Shown: positions 13,684 to 29,597, counted from the stretch's first letter. The stretch: DNA of 64,000 bases from Octopus vulgaris (GCA_951406725.2 OX597832.1:62186001-62250000), one strand, 5' to 3'. Notes: a model not told the origin generated them from the letters alone. Numbers and translations are program-made.

Positions 13684-14885
13684 AGGTGCTTTCGGGCTAA
13701 ATTTGACGAGAATATGTTTCTAGTTTTTCATGAACAGCTCTCTGTATTAGCGAGGATTCAACGTAGTTGAGAAAAAGTTAGTTACTATAGAGGACTGGAA
13801 ATCCTCTGAATATCGGGAAAAATTTATCTGTATAAGGAGGTATCAAAAAGCTGGCCTCATTACTACTGCTCAATGACATGTAAATGCTGTAAAAGCTGTA
13901 AGACGTGACATGGACAGCTGCAACAGAGACTACTAATCTGTGGTCAACAGAAAGGGACATAGCTGGCGGCCTTGCTGGGTCTGCACGCTGGTATTCTTCT
14001 GACAACTGCAGGACAAGGTAATGGAAGATTCGAGCAAGGGTATCCGGGCTTTGGTGAGAGAGATTGGTGTTGTTATTCGCTACCATGAAGCTGGCCCCAA
14101 TTGAGGAATTTCGCTACCAGTCGTACGAGAGTTTCTGGAAACAAATTTTGATAACCAAGACCAAAGGGATGGTCTGGGTCTTCTTATATGACAATGACTT
14201 CCGTTAAAATCAGTTGCACAACACCCAGAACAACAGATGGGGTGACTACAATCCATATAATGACTAACATATGAAGAAAATTACTTTCCATCGAAAGGTA
14301 ATGGTCTTCGGTTTGTCTCGAATGAGGGTGACGTCACGCCGAGCTACATCTTTGAACAGGCCTTACTCTCAATTCAGATGGCTATGTGAAACTGCTGAAT
14401 ACTTTGTTCAGTCCCTGGCCACAGAGGGTTCCTGCTGGAAGGCTATGTGTGCGGTAGCAAGATTTGGCTCCTTGCCATATCTCCGGAGAGAATCAGAAGT
14501 GGCTGTTTGAGAATTACTATGACTTCACTGGACCCTATCTCTGGCCTCGTAATTTCCCCGACTCCTATCCCACGGGTTCCTATATGTGGGGAGTGATTGG
14601 GAAATACATTAATCGCTCTGCCTGCAACACCAAGGCTGAGTTGGTGGCCAAAATCAAGGAGGTGATCGAAGATCTTCTCAGGGACACAGTGCATATGTCA
14701 GGTTCCCAAGCAGTCTTGAGGCCGTGGTTAAAGCTAAGGACGGCTGCTGCCTTGTGTAAGCTGTTACGTTACAATCATAATCCCGTCGGCATTTTTCGAA
14801 TTTTTAAAAATACTTTTATTTTGGAATAAGGTGCTACATTTTCTTTCCCTCGATGCAAACTGTCAAATTTATCTCGAACACATTG
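13684..14885 (+). mobile_element. Decayed Tc1/mariner-superfamily DNA transposon (maT/DD37D-like)
   Basis: Imperfect TIRs aggtgctttcgggctaaatttgac / gtcaaatttatctcgaacacattg, followed by TA; broken transposase: LQDKVMEDSSKGIRALVREIGV, HNTQNNRW, KVMVFG, QKWL...LWPRNFPDSYPTGSYMWG (WPxNSPDLNP-like). Confidence 0.85.
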
Positions 14886-14901
14886 TATGTTTATATATGC
14901 A

Positions 14902-14959
<58 letters not shown>

Positions 14960-16852
14960 ACATGAAGTTTATAACCTTTAGACGATGTATGTTTATAATA
15001 CACGTGATACACGGTTGCAATGAAGCTTTGAGACAAGGTTCCGTTTCGATCCTTGTTGCGTCTTTTCTCAGTTAGAGCTACCACTCCGGACCGATGAATA
15101 ACAATAGCAACAGTTTTAGTTTATAGAAATCAGTGACAATCCAAATAATAATGAATCTATTCTTCCTCAATACCTGCTGCCAAACTTTTCCTCCTTAAGA
15201 CGATGCATGTTTATAAAACATGACATTTATCAGCGTAAGGCAGTGCCGTGTATCAATTTTATTCGTTACCCCGTGCTGTGACTATGCAACGTTAAAAGTG
15301 GGGAGGCATTTTCCAATGACGGACAAACAACAGTGATCATATATTCGCGTTGGCATTTGCCTGACCGTTTTAAGACACGTGACTGAAAAAATAAAAGTTT
15401 TACAATTTATTATAATAGAAAACAATTTTTTCGAAATAATATGGTTTATAAAATTAGTCATTCTTCGCTAAAATGCAGAAAAATTATCTCTTGCTACTGC
15501 TATTTAACACATGTCAGCTAAAACAGAATAGCTTTATATTCAAAGCGCCCCAACCGCGATCATCACGTCGTGTCTCCAAGTTATCTATCAAGTTCCACAT
15601 TATCAAAAATGCATTACTCTATTTTAATATGGTCAAGTATCATTAGAAGATAATTTAGCTGTTATTTCTTACAACTCAAGAGAACACGTAGCGCTGGTTT
15701 TGGTTGGCGTAATGGTATGTTATAGAATTTACTTATTCCATTATATTGGCAAAGATTCCAGCCAAACTAATGAATGATGTAAATATAGGGATGGCTTTAG
15801 CATAATCTGTAAACTTTTCGAAGAATTTTACTTGATTTGCGTAATGCGTGGTGAAAGAAATCTAAGCAAGTGATGTTTACTTCGCAACTGATTCTGTGTT
15901 CCAAATTGCATCTCTTTCCGTTTACTGCCTTACAACACACGTGACCAGGCATGCGTAACGATGTAGTTAGAAGAAAGCAACGTCATTAGAGGACAGAATT
16001 CATGCACGAAGGGACTTTGTTTTATTTATTTCTTATTTAGTTATGTATTTATTTATCTATTATATGTTATTTCTTGTTAGTATTTATTCAGTATTTATTT
16101 TTTTATTCCAGTAAAAGACATAAATATGGTATATTTCTACAGGACTATATTAACATGTCTATAAATACCATCGCGAGACACGGTCAAGAGCGTATAATAA
16201 ACATCCACGGCTTGATTTCAGCGATTATTTATGACGTATTGACCTACTACTTTCATCTCTCCTATACGTTCTTCAGAGAATGAACGCAAAGCTTTGAATA
16301 TTAACTGTGCAGGAACAGCATCATTACGCCCATTTGTAGAATTTTAGTAGAGTCTAGCCATTCCTCCCACCCTTTTCCCAGACTGCGATAGTAAATACTA
16401 GAAATTATATCCATCACAGCAGCGTATGGTGCAAGAGGTCTGGTGGAGAATTGCAGAGCGCAGGAATTGCAAAGCTGCAATTTAGTGTGAGCGGTGAAGG
16501 AGAAAACGGTGTTTAATGAAATGAGTTCGCTTGAGTAAATTCGACCACTTCGCTGGTACCGATCAAAAACTGAACTCAGACGAAAGTTAGTGGGTAAAGG
16601 AAGGACGGAACCAAACAATGATTGTAATTATGATAACGAAAATCACAACCCAGCAACTCTGTTATTTTACCGATGGCCAATCAAATTGTACATAGCTGAC
16701 AAGGCACATTTGAGTTGTGGTAGCGTGTGCGCACATATTAATGTATGAATGTAGTAGGTATGTATGGATGGCTGTGTATGTTGCGTACACATGCCTTTAT
16801 ATATATAATGATATGTAAATGTAAGATCCAAGGACATATATGTGTGTGTGTG

Positions 16853-16904
<52 letters not shown>

Positions 16905-17534
16905 CATATATATATATATACATACATATAGATATGTGTGTGTAACTGTATAACTATTATATATTATATATGTATGAACAGATGGGTATAATTGTGTATA
17001 TAGATATGAGTATATGTGTATGTGTGTGCATCAATATGTGTGCGGGAAAGATACAGAATGTTCGTGGGAGTGGCAGATACACACATTAATACACAGACAT
17101 AGATGCACACGTGTGAGTATAAGCGTGTATGAATACAATTATGTACATACGCGTACACATATATGTGTAGGTTTGTCTTTCTCTCAAATAGTCTCTCACT
17201 ATGTACATAGATATCTTTATGTACATATATACACATTTTGGAAATAAAAAATAGTACACCAATAAATATACGTAACTATATACGTGTGTATATATATGTA
17301 TGTACTTATCTATCTTTCTACGAATAATTCTCCACGCCTGTCTCTTTCTCTCTATCTTTCTTTTTTTCTCTCTCTCACTTTATACACACACACATATATA
17401 TATATCATTACATACATATATATATACACACACTCACGCACATCCAACATATGAATATACGTGTATACATAGAGAGAAAAAAGTGATAGACAAATATATT
17501 TATGTACGTACATACATACATATAGACAGACAGG

Positions 17535-17612
<78 letters not shown>

Positions 17613-18017
17613 CAGACAGACAGACAGATGGACGGACGGACGGACGGACGGATGGATCGATCTCTCGATCGATCTCTCGATCGATCGATTGATCGATAAA
17701 TGAAGTGAGGGAGATATGAATGGATGACTGGGCGGGAAAATTAAGTCCTGGGTTTCTAATTTTTACCTAAACGTCTACTAAATATTTCTGAACATGTGAG
17801 AAGGTTCTATGAATGTCTGTCTGTGTGTGTGTGTGTCTCTGTCTTTTAGTGTGCGTGTTTGTGTGTGTCTGTGTGTCTATGTGTGAGTATGAATGTGTGT
17901 TAGAGTATGTGCATGTGTATCTATTACCTTATTTTCTACTGGTTTCAGTCACTTGATGGCGGTCATGCTGGAGCAGTGCTTTGAAGGCTTTTATTCACAC
18001 AAATCGAACCCGGTAAT

Positions 18018-18080
<63 letters not shown>

Positions 18081-18084
18081 TCAA

Positions 18085-18290
18085 AATGTGACCGCGTGTG
18101 TATCGTTGGCGATTTTTTTCCTCTGTCTCCCCTTCTCTGGATCTTTCCTTCTCCTATGTTTCCGACGAAGAGCTCCACTCGAAACGTTAAACCCTCCTTC
18201 TTTCCTTCTTTCCTGAGCGTCCAATAATACTATATTTGTTCCACGTCCTCGCGTTGTGTGTTTTAGTGCTGTCATGTTTGGATTAACTTT
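18085..18290 (+). mobile_element. Short (TA)n-flanked repeat carrying a hammerhead motif
   Basis: cctgagcgtccaataatac is related in reverse to gtattagtatagcgctcagg at ~47011; hammerhead at 18158-18192. Confidence 0.6.
18158..18192 (+). ncRNA. Minimal type I hammerhead motif (U4C variant)
   Basis: gttt-CCGACGA-agagctccactc-GAAA-cg-TT-aaac; palindromic stem III acgt. Confidence 0.6.
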
Positions 18291-18296
18291 ATATAC

Positions 18297-18363
<67 letters not shown>

Positions 18364-18464
18364 CACAGACACACATAAACACAGACACACAGACACACAT
18401 AAACACACACACACATATATATATAATGAAAGAATTTATGGCAAATATAAAGATGCGACATAAC

Positions 18465-19234
18465 GTATACTGAGTGTAAAACCGGACAGTGATCAAACAC
18501 AGAAGGTCCCTAATTCTTCATCAGTTCTCACCCAGCTGTTAATACACAGTTTCGTACCTTTAATGATAAGACTGAGAGTTTCACAATTGGCGTCGCCTGC
18601 AAAAAAAAGGAAAATTCGTTTTACGGAGAATTCAGGAACGAGAGGAAATAAATGAAGATAAAATGACACAGAGTATGATTTAGGACGGTGGCCAAGAAGC
18701 CGAGAATAGTGGGCAACGCTTAGAAAATGTCCTAAAGAATTGAGAGACAGAGAACCAATGTAAGAAAACAAGGGAAAGTGAAACTAACTGCGGGTCACGC
18801 AACAGTAGCAGGCAGAGGAGAAAGACAGAAAGAGAGCGGTGGTGAGAGTTTCAGAGAGGACAAAAAAGAGAAGAGAAGAAAGGAGAAAAGGGGGAAGGAG
18901 AAAGGATAGGGATAGAAAGAGAGAAAGTGAAAAGGAGTGAGAGGGTGAGAGAAAGAACATGGGAAAGAATAACGGCAAGGGAGTATAACACGGGTATATA
19001 GAAAAAATTACTTGTTAATACAAATTGGGTGTGTGTGTTTGTTGCATTCCAGTACTTAATAAATGAAAAATGTATTCTCCGCAAAAAGGATAGTTCTTGC
19101 GGGCGCCGCCAGTTGTGAAGCTCTCAGTCTTATCAGTAAAGGCGCGAAACTGTGTATTAACAACTGGATGATAACTGATGAAGAATTAGGGACCTTCTGT
19201 GTTTGTCTCCCGTACGGTTTTACGCTTAGTATAC
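18465..19234. mobile_element. Unclassified element with ~138-bp inverted terminal repeats
   Basis: 18465-18602 is the diverged reverse complement of 19097-19234; purine-rich interior. Confidence 0.7.
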
Positions 19235-19257
19235 TTTAAGCTGTATTTTTATTTACA

Positions 19258-19296
<39 letters not shown>

Positions 19297-19314
19297 ACAC
19301 ATATCAATATATAC

Positions 19315-19475
19315 ACGACGGGCTTCTTTCTGTTTCCTTTTACCAAATCCACTCACAAGGTTTTGGTCGGCCCGAGGCTATAGTAGAAAGCATTTGTCCA
19401 GATGCCACGCAGCGGAACTGAACCCGGAACCATGGGGTTGATAAGCAAGCTACATACCACACAGCCACTCCTGCT
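19315..19475 (-). mobile_element. SINE family A, 5' half
   Basis: cgacgggcttctttc...accacacagccactcctg. Confidence 0.8.
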
Positions 19476-19881
19476 CCTATAAATAACACTAATTACAAGA
19501 ATGAAAAAAATTGTGGTGGGGCGGGGTAGAGTGTCATTAACAGACCAACACAGAATATTGACAGAGCAATAAAACCCGAGCAAAACTAATCTATCATTAT
19601 TTTTCTGTCACCATCTTACAGTCATTCCGTTCTCATTTCGACACCTCCGGCTTTTGGAGAGACCGAGCGTTGCTGGGTGTCTCTCTGTCTGTGTGTCTGT
19701 CTGGTGTTTGTGTATGTGTCTGTGTGTGTGTCTCTATCTCTTCTCTCTCGCTCTCTCTCTATATATATCTATCTATCTAACTACCACTTTATGTGTACGT
19801 ATGTATGTATATTAGTGAGGATATGTGCGCATTTCCACGTTTGTGCGGTCATTATGCATTTACATACATGCATAAACACAT

Positions 19882-19920
<39 letters not shown>

Positions 19921-20018
19921 ATATATACTAATAAATCAGATTTATAGAACAAAGATGAAGGCGTGTAGGAACAACAAGCTAAGTGTATTAGTGTAACGCT
20001 GGAGAAAAATGGAAAAGT

Positions 20019-20054
20019 CTTTAACGTTTCGAGCTTACGCTCTTCAACAGAAAG
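20019..20054 (-). ncRNA. Minimal hammerhead-like motif (A6U variant)
   Basis: Minus strand: cttt-CTGTTGA-a-gagc-gtaa-gctc-GAAA-cg-TT-aaag; stems I and II perfect, GNRA loop. Confidence 0.55.
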
Positions 20055-20149
20055 AAATAAGAAGGAAAAATGGACAGCGGGGAATAAAACGGAGAGAGAA
20101 AAACTGTGCAGAATTCAACGGTGTAACATGGTGAATCACTGGAAAAAAG

Positions 20150-20210
<61 letters not shown>

Positions 20211-20404
20211 CATATATACATACAGACATACATAGAAAGATACATAAATATACACATACATATACGTATACACATACATACATAATACATACATACATAC
20301 ATACATACATGCATACATACATACATACATACATACATACATACATACATACATTCATACATATACACATACATATATACATACATACATATATACATAC
20401 ATAC

Positions 20405-20705
20405 ATACTGACAATCCGTTGGCTAGAACGCCTACTTTTGCAGTTGTTTCGATCAACCAAAGAGCCTGCTCATGAAATTAACGTGCAAGTGGCTGCGCAA
20501 TCCACAGACACGTATACCCATAACGTAGTTCTCAGGGAGAGTAAGCATGACACAGAGTGTGACAAGTCTGGTCCCTTTTGAATTACAGATACTACTCATT
20601 TTTGCCAGCTGAGTGGACTGGAGCAACGGGAAATAATGCGTCTTGCTCAAGGAGACAACGCGTAGCCATTTACCGAACTCTAACCACTATCTCACGCGCC
20701 CAATA
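20405..20705 (-). mobile_element. tRNA-derived SINE family C
   Basis: Minus strand ttgagcaagac..atttcccgttgctccagtccactcagctggcaaaaatgagta; homologous to 25405-26012. Confidence 0.65.
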
Positions 20706-20716
20706 TATGTATGTGG

Positions 20717-20756
<40 letters not shown>

Positions 20757-20758
20757 TT

Positions 20759-21259
<501 letters not shown>

Positions 21260-21505
21260 TGATATGGATATAGATGTGTGTATTTTTCCATTGTTAACAA
21301 TTAACACGGAAAAAATAGATAGATACCAGGGTAGCAAAAAAATCACAAATGTAAAAAGGGTGCAACGCCTTGTTTTTAAAGGTTAACATTTCTTATTGAC
21401 GAGTTTCATTTCTTCATTTCCGTGAAGAGATTACATTGTTTTACACTATTTTATTCCTTCGGAATAATACCAGTGAAAGAAATTGAATAACACCAGCGTT
21501 TGATT

Positions 21506-21607
<102 letters not shown>

Positions 21608-21819
21608 GTTTCTGTGTCTGTCCCTACCACCACCGTTGCGTGACAACCGATGTTGTTGTTGTGTTTATGTCACCGTTATCTAGTGGTTCGGCAAAAGACT
21701 CCGAAAGATTAAGTACTAGTGCTATAAAGAATAAGTCCAGGGGTTGATTTGTTCGATTTAAGGCGTTGCTCCAGTACAGCCGCAGTCAAATGACTGAAAC
21801 AAGTAAAAGATTAAAAGAC

Positions 21820-21866
<47 letters not shown>

Positions 21867-21964
21867 ACACACATATAGGGATAAGTTCGTTAATTTAAAT
21901 TAAATAACGATCTAATCAAGTGTCCATCATGGAAATAAAAAGCTTCAAAGGTAATAATTGTTAT

Positions 21965-22211
21965 TAAAATTATAACTTAGGGTATCTACGTGATACCGCC
22001 TTGCTGAAAATAGCAGCCAGAATATGACTCTACATCAAGTGTCATATAGCACACGCAGAGAAAACAAAAAGACAAAATAATTTTTACTAGTTTTATTTTG
22101 ACTTTTTGTCATCCTTGTGCTATATGAACACTTAATGTGGTCTTAGAGTCGTATCCTGGCTGCTATTTTCAGCATGGGGGTATCTCGTAGACACCCTAAG
22201 TTATAATTTTA
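21965..22211. repeat. ~245-bp fold-back palindrome
   Basis: aaaattataacttagggtatctacg...gctgaaaatagcagccag pairs with ctggctgctattttcagc...cgtagacaccctaagttataatttt; abuts (TA)n. Confidence 0.85.
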
Positions 22212-22212
22212 C

Positions 22213-22278
<66 letters not shown>

Positions 22279-22371
22279 TATGTGCGTGTGTGCGTGTGTG
22301 TGTGTGTGTGTCTCTGTGTGTGTGGTTGAGTGTGTATGTGTGTATGTGTGTATGTGTGTGTCCATACTTAA

Positions 22372-22415
<44 letters not shown>

Positions 22416-22892
22416 TCACACACACACACATGGTTATAGATAGACAGGTATCTAGCTGATAAGTTATATATTCTTCGTTTTGTCAAATTGTCACTGGCAT
22501 TAATTAGCAGGGAAAGAGACAGAGAGATATAGAGAAGGAAAAGAAAGGGAAGAAAAACAGAGGCAATGAGAAAAAGAAAGGTGGATAGATATAAACAAGA
22601 GGCTGACTAATAAAGCAGTTGATATACTTATTTGATTGCACTTTTTACATCTGCTTACTTGCTTATAACAGCACATCAAAGGTGATGGCGGCGTTTTTTT
22701 GCTTTTTTACATCTATGTATAATAAAAGGCACCACAGAAATCCCTACTCATAAAGAACCCCATGTGTGTATGTACATATATATGTGTATGTATGTATAAA
22801 TATATATACATACACCCATATATACATGCACATATACATACGTATAAATACTTGTACACACACACATACACATATATGTATACATACATACT

Positions 22893-22929
<37 letters not shown>

Positions 22930-23298
22930 ACATACATATATATATAGGTATATATATATATATACATATATATACATATATATACATATATATACATATA
23001 TATGTATGTATATGTAAACGTATATATTTATATATGCATATATATATGTGTGTGTATACATGTATATATATGTATATATATGTATATATATACATATACA
23101 TATATATGTGTATATGTATACATATATATATACATATATATACATGTATATAAATATGTATATGTATATATATATATATATGTATCTATGTATACATATA
23201 TGTGTATGTGTGTGTACAAATATCTATACTATGTATATGGGCATGTATATATGGGTGTATGTATGTAATATAATGTATATATGAGTGTATGTATGTAT

Positions 23299-23329
<31 letters not shown>

Positions 23330-23945
23330 AAGTGTGTGTGTGTAGAGTGATCGAAAGGAAGAGAAAGTGGGAGAGGGAGCGAGTGAGAGAAAACGAGAGC
23401 GGAGAAAAGGAGAGAGGCCCCAATTACGATCAGCACCTTCACAAGTTATATCTAACTTTGATACGCCATCTTCAAAAGCAAAATGTCGTTAGTTGTTTAA
23501 CTAAAGGTGAAACGTACCAAGTACGATTGAGTGTTAATAAGTAATTATTCTTTAGTTTTTATTAGATCTTTGCTTTTTTATCATTTTTTTAGGTGTTTGT
23601 TGTATTACAAAAACAAGGTGCCCTCCCCACATACCTTTTTTTCTGACCATTATTGTCCAAGTGATTGGTTTGCGTTTACGATTGTTGACTCTGTTTCCGG
23701 TTGTGATTAGAGTGATGCTGGCGGTTGTGGTGGTGAGATTGGTCTCACCTTTAGCAGCTGGCGGTGATTGCGGTGGTCGTGGTGGTGGCGGTGGTGACGG
23801 TGATGGTGATGGTGGTGGTGTTGGTGTTGGTGTTGGTGTATTTACCTCTATTTTTCTTTATTTTGTTTTTTACTTGTCTTTGCTGGTCTGAATCATTCAT
23901 GTCATAAATATTGATGACATGACGGATTTCGAGGTATGTGTGTGA

Positions 23946-23983
<38 letters not shown>

Positions 23984-24107
23984 TTGTTTTGTTTGTGTGC
24001 GTCTGTATGGGCGTCTGTATGTGTGTGGCTGTTTGGTATGTAGTTTGCTATCCAACCACACAGTTCCTGGTTCAGTCCTACGGCGTACACATAGAACCAA
24101 TAAATAT

Positions 24108-24190
<83 letters not shown>

Positions 24191-24535
24191 TACATATATT
24201 TGTCTAGGTAAAGAAATCTACTGATAGCTAGACAGATAGTTAGATATAGATATACAAATACATTTATGAACAAGTATCAATTGATGGAAAGGTGTCGACC
24301 ATTGCAGCAGTTTCTAACATTTTTTTGAATTGATCAAATAGTTCATTGCATCATTATAAAGAAACCGTTTTCTTCTGAAGAATAAAGGAATCTTCTGACA
24401 TTTAAAATAATTTAAAATATTTCAAAATAATTCAAAATCCGCTCTACATACATATTTTTCCACGACTAGCTAACTAGGTACAACTTTAAGTATCTTATTC
24501 AACTGAATATTGTTATATCGCACACACACACACAC

Positions 24536-25259
<724 letters not shown>

Positions 25260-25404
25260 TAGTAATTTGTGGTAAATCATTTTACCTTTGCCCCTATAAT
25301 ACAGTAAAGGAATTGATTGCATCGCAATCATTAACATTTATGTATTAACTTTGTTGGGTACTTCACTAGCAGTATATTGGATACATATATATACACACAT
25401 TTTT

Positions 25405-26012
25405 CAGTGGCATTCGGTCGGTTACGACGACGAGGTATACAGTGATTCGATCAGCAGAACAGCCTGCTAGGGAAATTGTGGATATTGAAAATTCCTGAGG
25501 CCTAAAAACTTGCTATATATTGTTACTAGAAAAATGCTAAATTTTTGCTTAGATCAGTCAAAGGCACGTATTCTCTCAACCCCACCGCAAACTCAGCTAT
25601 TGCAAAATATTTACAAAAATCCCCCATTTTCGGAATTTAGGGCGCTTGAGGGAGTAAAGTGTTTTGATTGATCTCAACAAAAATTTGGATTTTTTTTAGT
25701 AATCAAACATAGCAACATTTTAGATCTCAGACATTTTCAACATTACAAATTTTAAGTTTCACTCCACCCTACTGAACACCTCACAGACCGGCGTATTCTC
25801 GACGCTGTTGTTTGGGAGCGAGAATTCAGCATGCCAGAAAGTGTGAAAAGACTGGCAATTTGAACTACACGGACAACTCGGTATCACCAGCCGAATAGTC
25901 TGGGGTAATGTGAAATAAAGTGTCTTGCTCAAGGACACAACGCACCATTAGGAATCGAATACAAAACCTTATGATCGTTATCCGAATACCCAAAACACTA
26001 TGCCATGCTCTT
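25405..26012 (-). mobile_element. SINE family C copy interrupted by an ~290-bp unrelated insert (~25482-25770)
   Basis: Flanking segments are colinear with 20405-20705. Confidence 0.55.
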
Positions 26013-26085
26013 TCACAAATACAGACACACACAAGCGCGAACGCAAAGACAGACAAACAGACAATAGAGAGACATACAGACAGAT

Positions 26086-26970
26086 ATGTTTCTTTATTAG
26101 CCACACAGGGCTGCACGCAGACATGACAAATTACAAGGTAGAGCTTTTCTTTTAGGGGGTAAAAAAAAGGGGGTTTTGTTTTTCGATCAAAAGGGATCGT
26201 AAAAGGAAAGAAAGAGGACAAAAAAAGGGGGGGGATAAAAATTTTTTTAAAAGTGGGGGTAGGGAAAGGAAAAAAAATTGATCAATAGGGATCGTTATCG
26301 CAGAAATGTCAATATGAAGTGTAAAGGGGAGGACAGGTGAGGTTTACCCGTGGAAAGAAAGGCCTACGGAAAAGACCACGGTAACATCGGTCAATGAAGT
26401 CACATGTTATATTTCTTTTTTTTTTGTAAATAAGCAACTCTCTGTATTAATTTTTACGGTTCATAGAATCATAGTCAAGGTGGCTTCGTCATTCATACGT
26501 GCCATCCTTGCTACATTCACCCATCTGTTTTTAAAACATTCACTAGATAAAACTTGCCTCTCTACTCTCACTTTCCTCTTCAAGTGATACTTGAAGAAGT
26601 TGATGAGAGATTGACCAGAGAGGAAAGTGTTTGTCTCTAATCCTTTCAGGCGCGTCCACCAGATACATTCTTTCGCCATAGCCACAAGTATGATAAAAAT
26701 AGCTCTTCCTTCCCGTTTGAAGGAAGGAGGTGTGACGATATTAACGATAGACTCGGCTGATAAACCGACACGTCCCACACGTGACAGCAGTCGTTCGACA
26801 TAAGCCCACAGGTCGGAGATTGTTGGATACCGCACGATTGCGTGCAGAGCGGTTTCGTCGCTCTGCCCGCATCTCGGGCAGATCGGCCCCGTGTTTCTCG
26901 AGCCATGCCTAAAGATCTTATCCCGAACGGGTAGCGCTTCTCGGTAGCACCGCCAGGCCAGGGATCTCTG
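26086..26970 (-). mobile_element. L1/Tx1-clade LINE 3' end (zf-RVT + C-terminus + 3' UTR)
   Basis: WRCYREALPVRDKIFRHG..CPRCGQSDETALHA zinc-knuckle region; ORF 26461-26835 with AKECIWWTR; AATAAA-GAAA 3' end; (GATA/GACA)n on both sides. Confidence 0.85.
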
Positions 26971-26998
26971 AGATGGATAGATAGATAGATAGATAGAT

Positions 26999-27042
<44 letters not shown>

Positions 27043-27166
27043 GCATAAATAGATAGATACATGTGTATCTATCTATACACATATATTTACATACACGTAC
27101 ATATTTATGGATATATATATATATATATATAAATATACACCGACATTATATATCCATGCATGTATA

Positions 27167-27248
<82 letters not shown>

Positions 27249-27250
<2 letters not shown>

Positions 27251-27662
27251 CGCAGGATTGGCTGTGTGGTAAGTAGCTTGCTAACCAACCACATGGTTCC
27301 GGGTTCAGTCCACTGCGTGGCATCTTGGGCGAGTGTCTTCTGCTATAGCCCCGGGCCGACCAATGCCTTGTGAGTGGATTTGGTAGACGGAAACTGAAAG
27401 AAGCCTGTCGTATATATGTATATATATATATGTGTGTCTGTTTGTGTGTCTGTGTTTGTCCCCCTAGCATTGCTTGACAACCGATGCTAGTGTGTTTACG
27501 TCCCCGTTACTTAGCGGTTCGGCAAAAAAAAAAGAGACCGATAGAATAAGTACTGGGCTTACAAAGAATAAGTCCCGGGTCGATTTGCTCGACTAAAGGC
27601 AGTGCTCCAGCATGGCCGCAGTCAAATGACCGAAACAAGTAAAAGAGTAAAGAGTAAAGAGA
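27249..27662 (+). mobile_element. tRNA-derived SINE family A, full length
   Basis: A-box-like tggctgtgtggt, B-box-like ggttcagtcc, internal TA/TG tract, 3' (gtaaaga)n tail; more than 12 partial copies in the window. Confidence 0.85.
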
Positions 27663-27806
27663 ATATATATATATATACATATATATATATATTATATAAT
27701 TATATAATTATATAATGTAATATTTTGAATTCGCCTTAAATGGTCCTTTTACATACTGAACACTTGGTGAAATTGATTAATTAATTAATTTTACCCTCAA
27801 TTGTTG

Positions 27807-27837
<31 letters not shown>

Positions 27838-27894
27838 AAAAAAGAAAAAGAATGACTTCACTGGATTTCTAATCAGTTTAATTTATTTCTTAAT

Positions 27895-27984
27895 GTTTTA
27901 ATTAATATAAATTTTAATTCATAGATCTCGTAAGTTCACAAAGAACTTACTAGATCTATGAACTAAAATTTATATCATTAAAAC
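27895..27984. repeat. 90-bp hairpin
   Basis: ttcatagatctcgtaagttc-acaaa-gaacttactagatctatgaa plus outer AT-rich arms. Confidence 0.8.
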
Positions 27985-28302
27985 TTGAGCGTGGAGAATT
28001 TTCTTTTTTTAATTTTACTTTGGAGAACTTTCTTGCATTCGTTGTCAAACAGATCTGAGGATGTGGAGTTTTGTGATTCTATATATGGGATCTGGGTGGG
28101 TTTGGGGTGGAGGTTGGGGTTTGGTAATCAGTGTGGGAGTGAAAGATTGTTGATGAATGATAGCTGAAGGAAAGTAAGGAATGATCAACTAAGGGTAATT
28201 GACTGTGGTTGGTGTTGGGAGGTGGTCTGTATATACATATATATGTGTGTATGTATGTGTGTATATTTAGGTATACACACACACACACACACACACACAG
28301 AC

Positions 28303-28355
<53 letters not shown>

Positions 28356-28939
28356 CATGTATGTATGTATGAACGTGTATAAATGTATATATATATATAT
28401 AATTGTAAGTGTGTGTGCGTGTTTGCGACTGTGCGTGTGTGCGGGTGTTCGGGTGTAGTTGCGTATATGCATTTAAGTGCATAAGTTGTACGCACACTGA
28501 ATTTACTAACCTTCGTAGCTAAAGAATTGGACAGTTCTTTAGGATAAATTTATGAATCATCCAATCATTTAACATGCATCGATTAATTCCAGTCGAGTAT
28601 TTTTGCTCGCTGTTTACCATAAATTAACGCGCTTTCTCGTTGTTACCACTCGACGTATAACTTCAGGAATTCCATTGCTTTAGAATTCCACAAAAGTTCG
28701 TAAATGCCACACAATAAAATTACATTTACTAATATAGTTCAGGAATTTTTTTCTAAAATACTTCCAGGAACAAAAGATGAGTAAATTGCCCCAACATTTT
28801 CAAATATTCTCATATCGTTTGTCTCCCTCGTTCTTCTGGTTTTCTGCTAATTTTGCTCTCCCCTTCCTTTTTCCGTTTGTACCTCCTAGCTTTCTCACTT
28901 TATCCGTCTTCTCTCTCTCTCTCTCTCCCTCTTTCCATG

Positions 28940-28995
<56 letters not shown>

Positions 28996-29034
28996 AATAT
29001 ATATATTTATCTTCCCATCTAACTATCTATCTTT

Positions 29035-29106
<72 letters not shown>

Positions 29107-29189
29107 ATGTCTGTCTGTCTGTCTGTCTATCAATTTATATATCGATCTATTTAGTTATTTATTTATTTACAAATTTATTTACCTATGTC

Positions 29190-29597
29190 TAACTGGGACG
29201 AGATTATGAGTAGGGTGGCTATTCTCACCCAGAAATTGGAGGAGAGGAAGCTATCTCTAAAAGGTCGGGTGTAGGTGGTGAACACGTTCATCGATTGCCG
29301 TCGGACCGTCGTGCCTTGTCTCGACCCTACTATTAAGAAACTGGAACGCATATTCTTCCGCTTCTTGTGGAAGGGAAGTGTTCCGATGGTTAGGCGATCC
29401 ATTTGCTGTCACGACCCGCTAAATGGAGGGCTAAGCATGCCGTGGTTGATGATGCACAGACATGCGCTTTGACTGCGACATCTCGGGTGCTTCATAGACG
29501 ACGGTGAACAGGTGTGGTTGCCGTTCGTTAGGTGCGCTTTTTCGCAGCTCGTCTCCTTGGCCGAACTACAGTCGTGGATCAAATAGAGACCGAGGCT
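29190..29597 (+). mobile_element. L1/Tx1-clade LINE internal fragment (post-RT region)
   Basis: [33 protein letters not shown]...IKKLERIFFRFLWKG...PLNGGLSMP; embedded in (TCTA)n-rich DNA. Confidence 0.8.

Noticed and set aside
21394-21466. Minus-strand tatt-CCGAAGG...GAAA-ctcg-TC-aata
   Set aside because: Two core changes and no clear stem II; counted only as a decayed candidate, not annotated.
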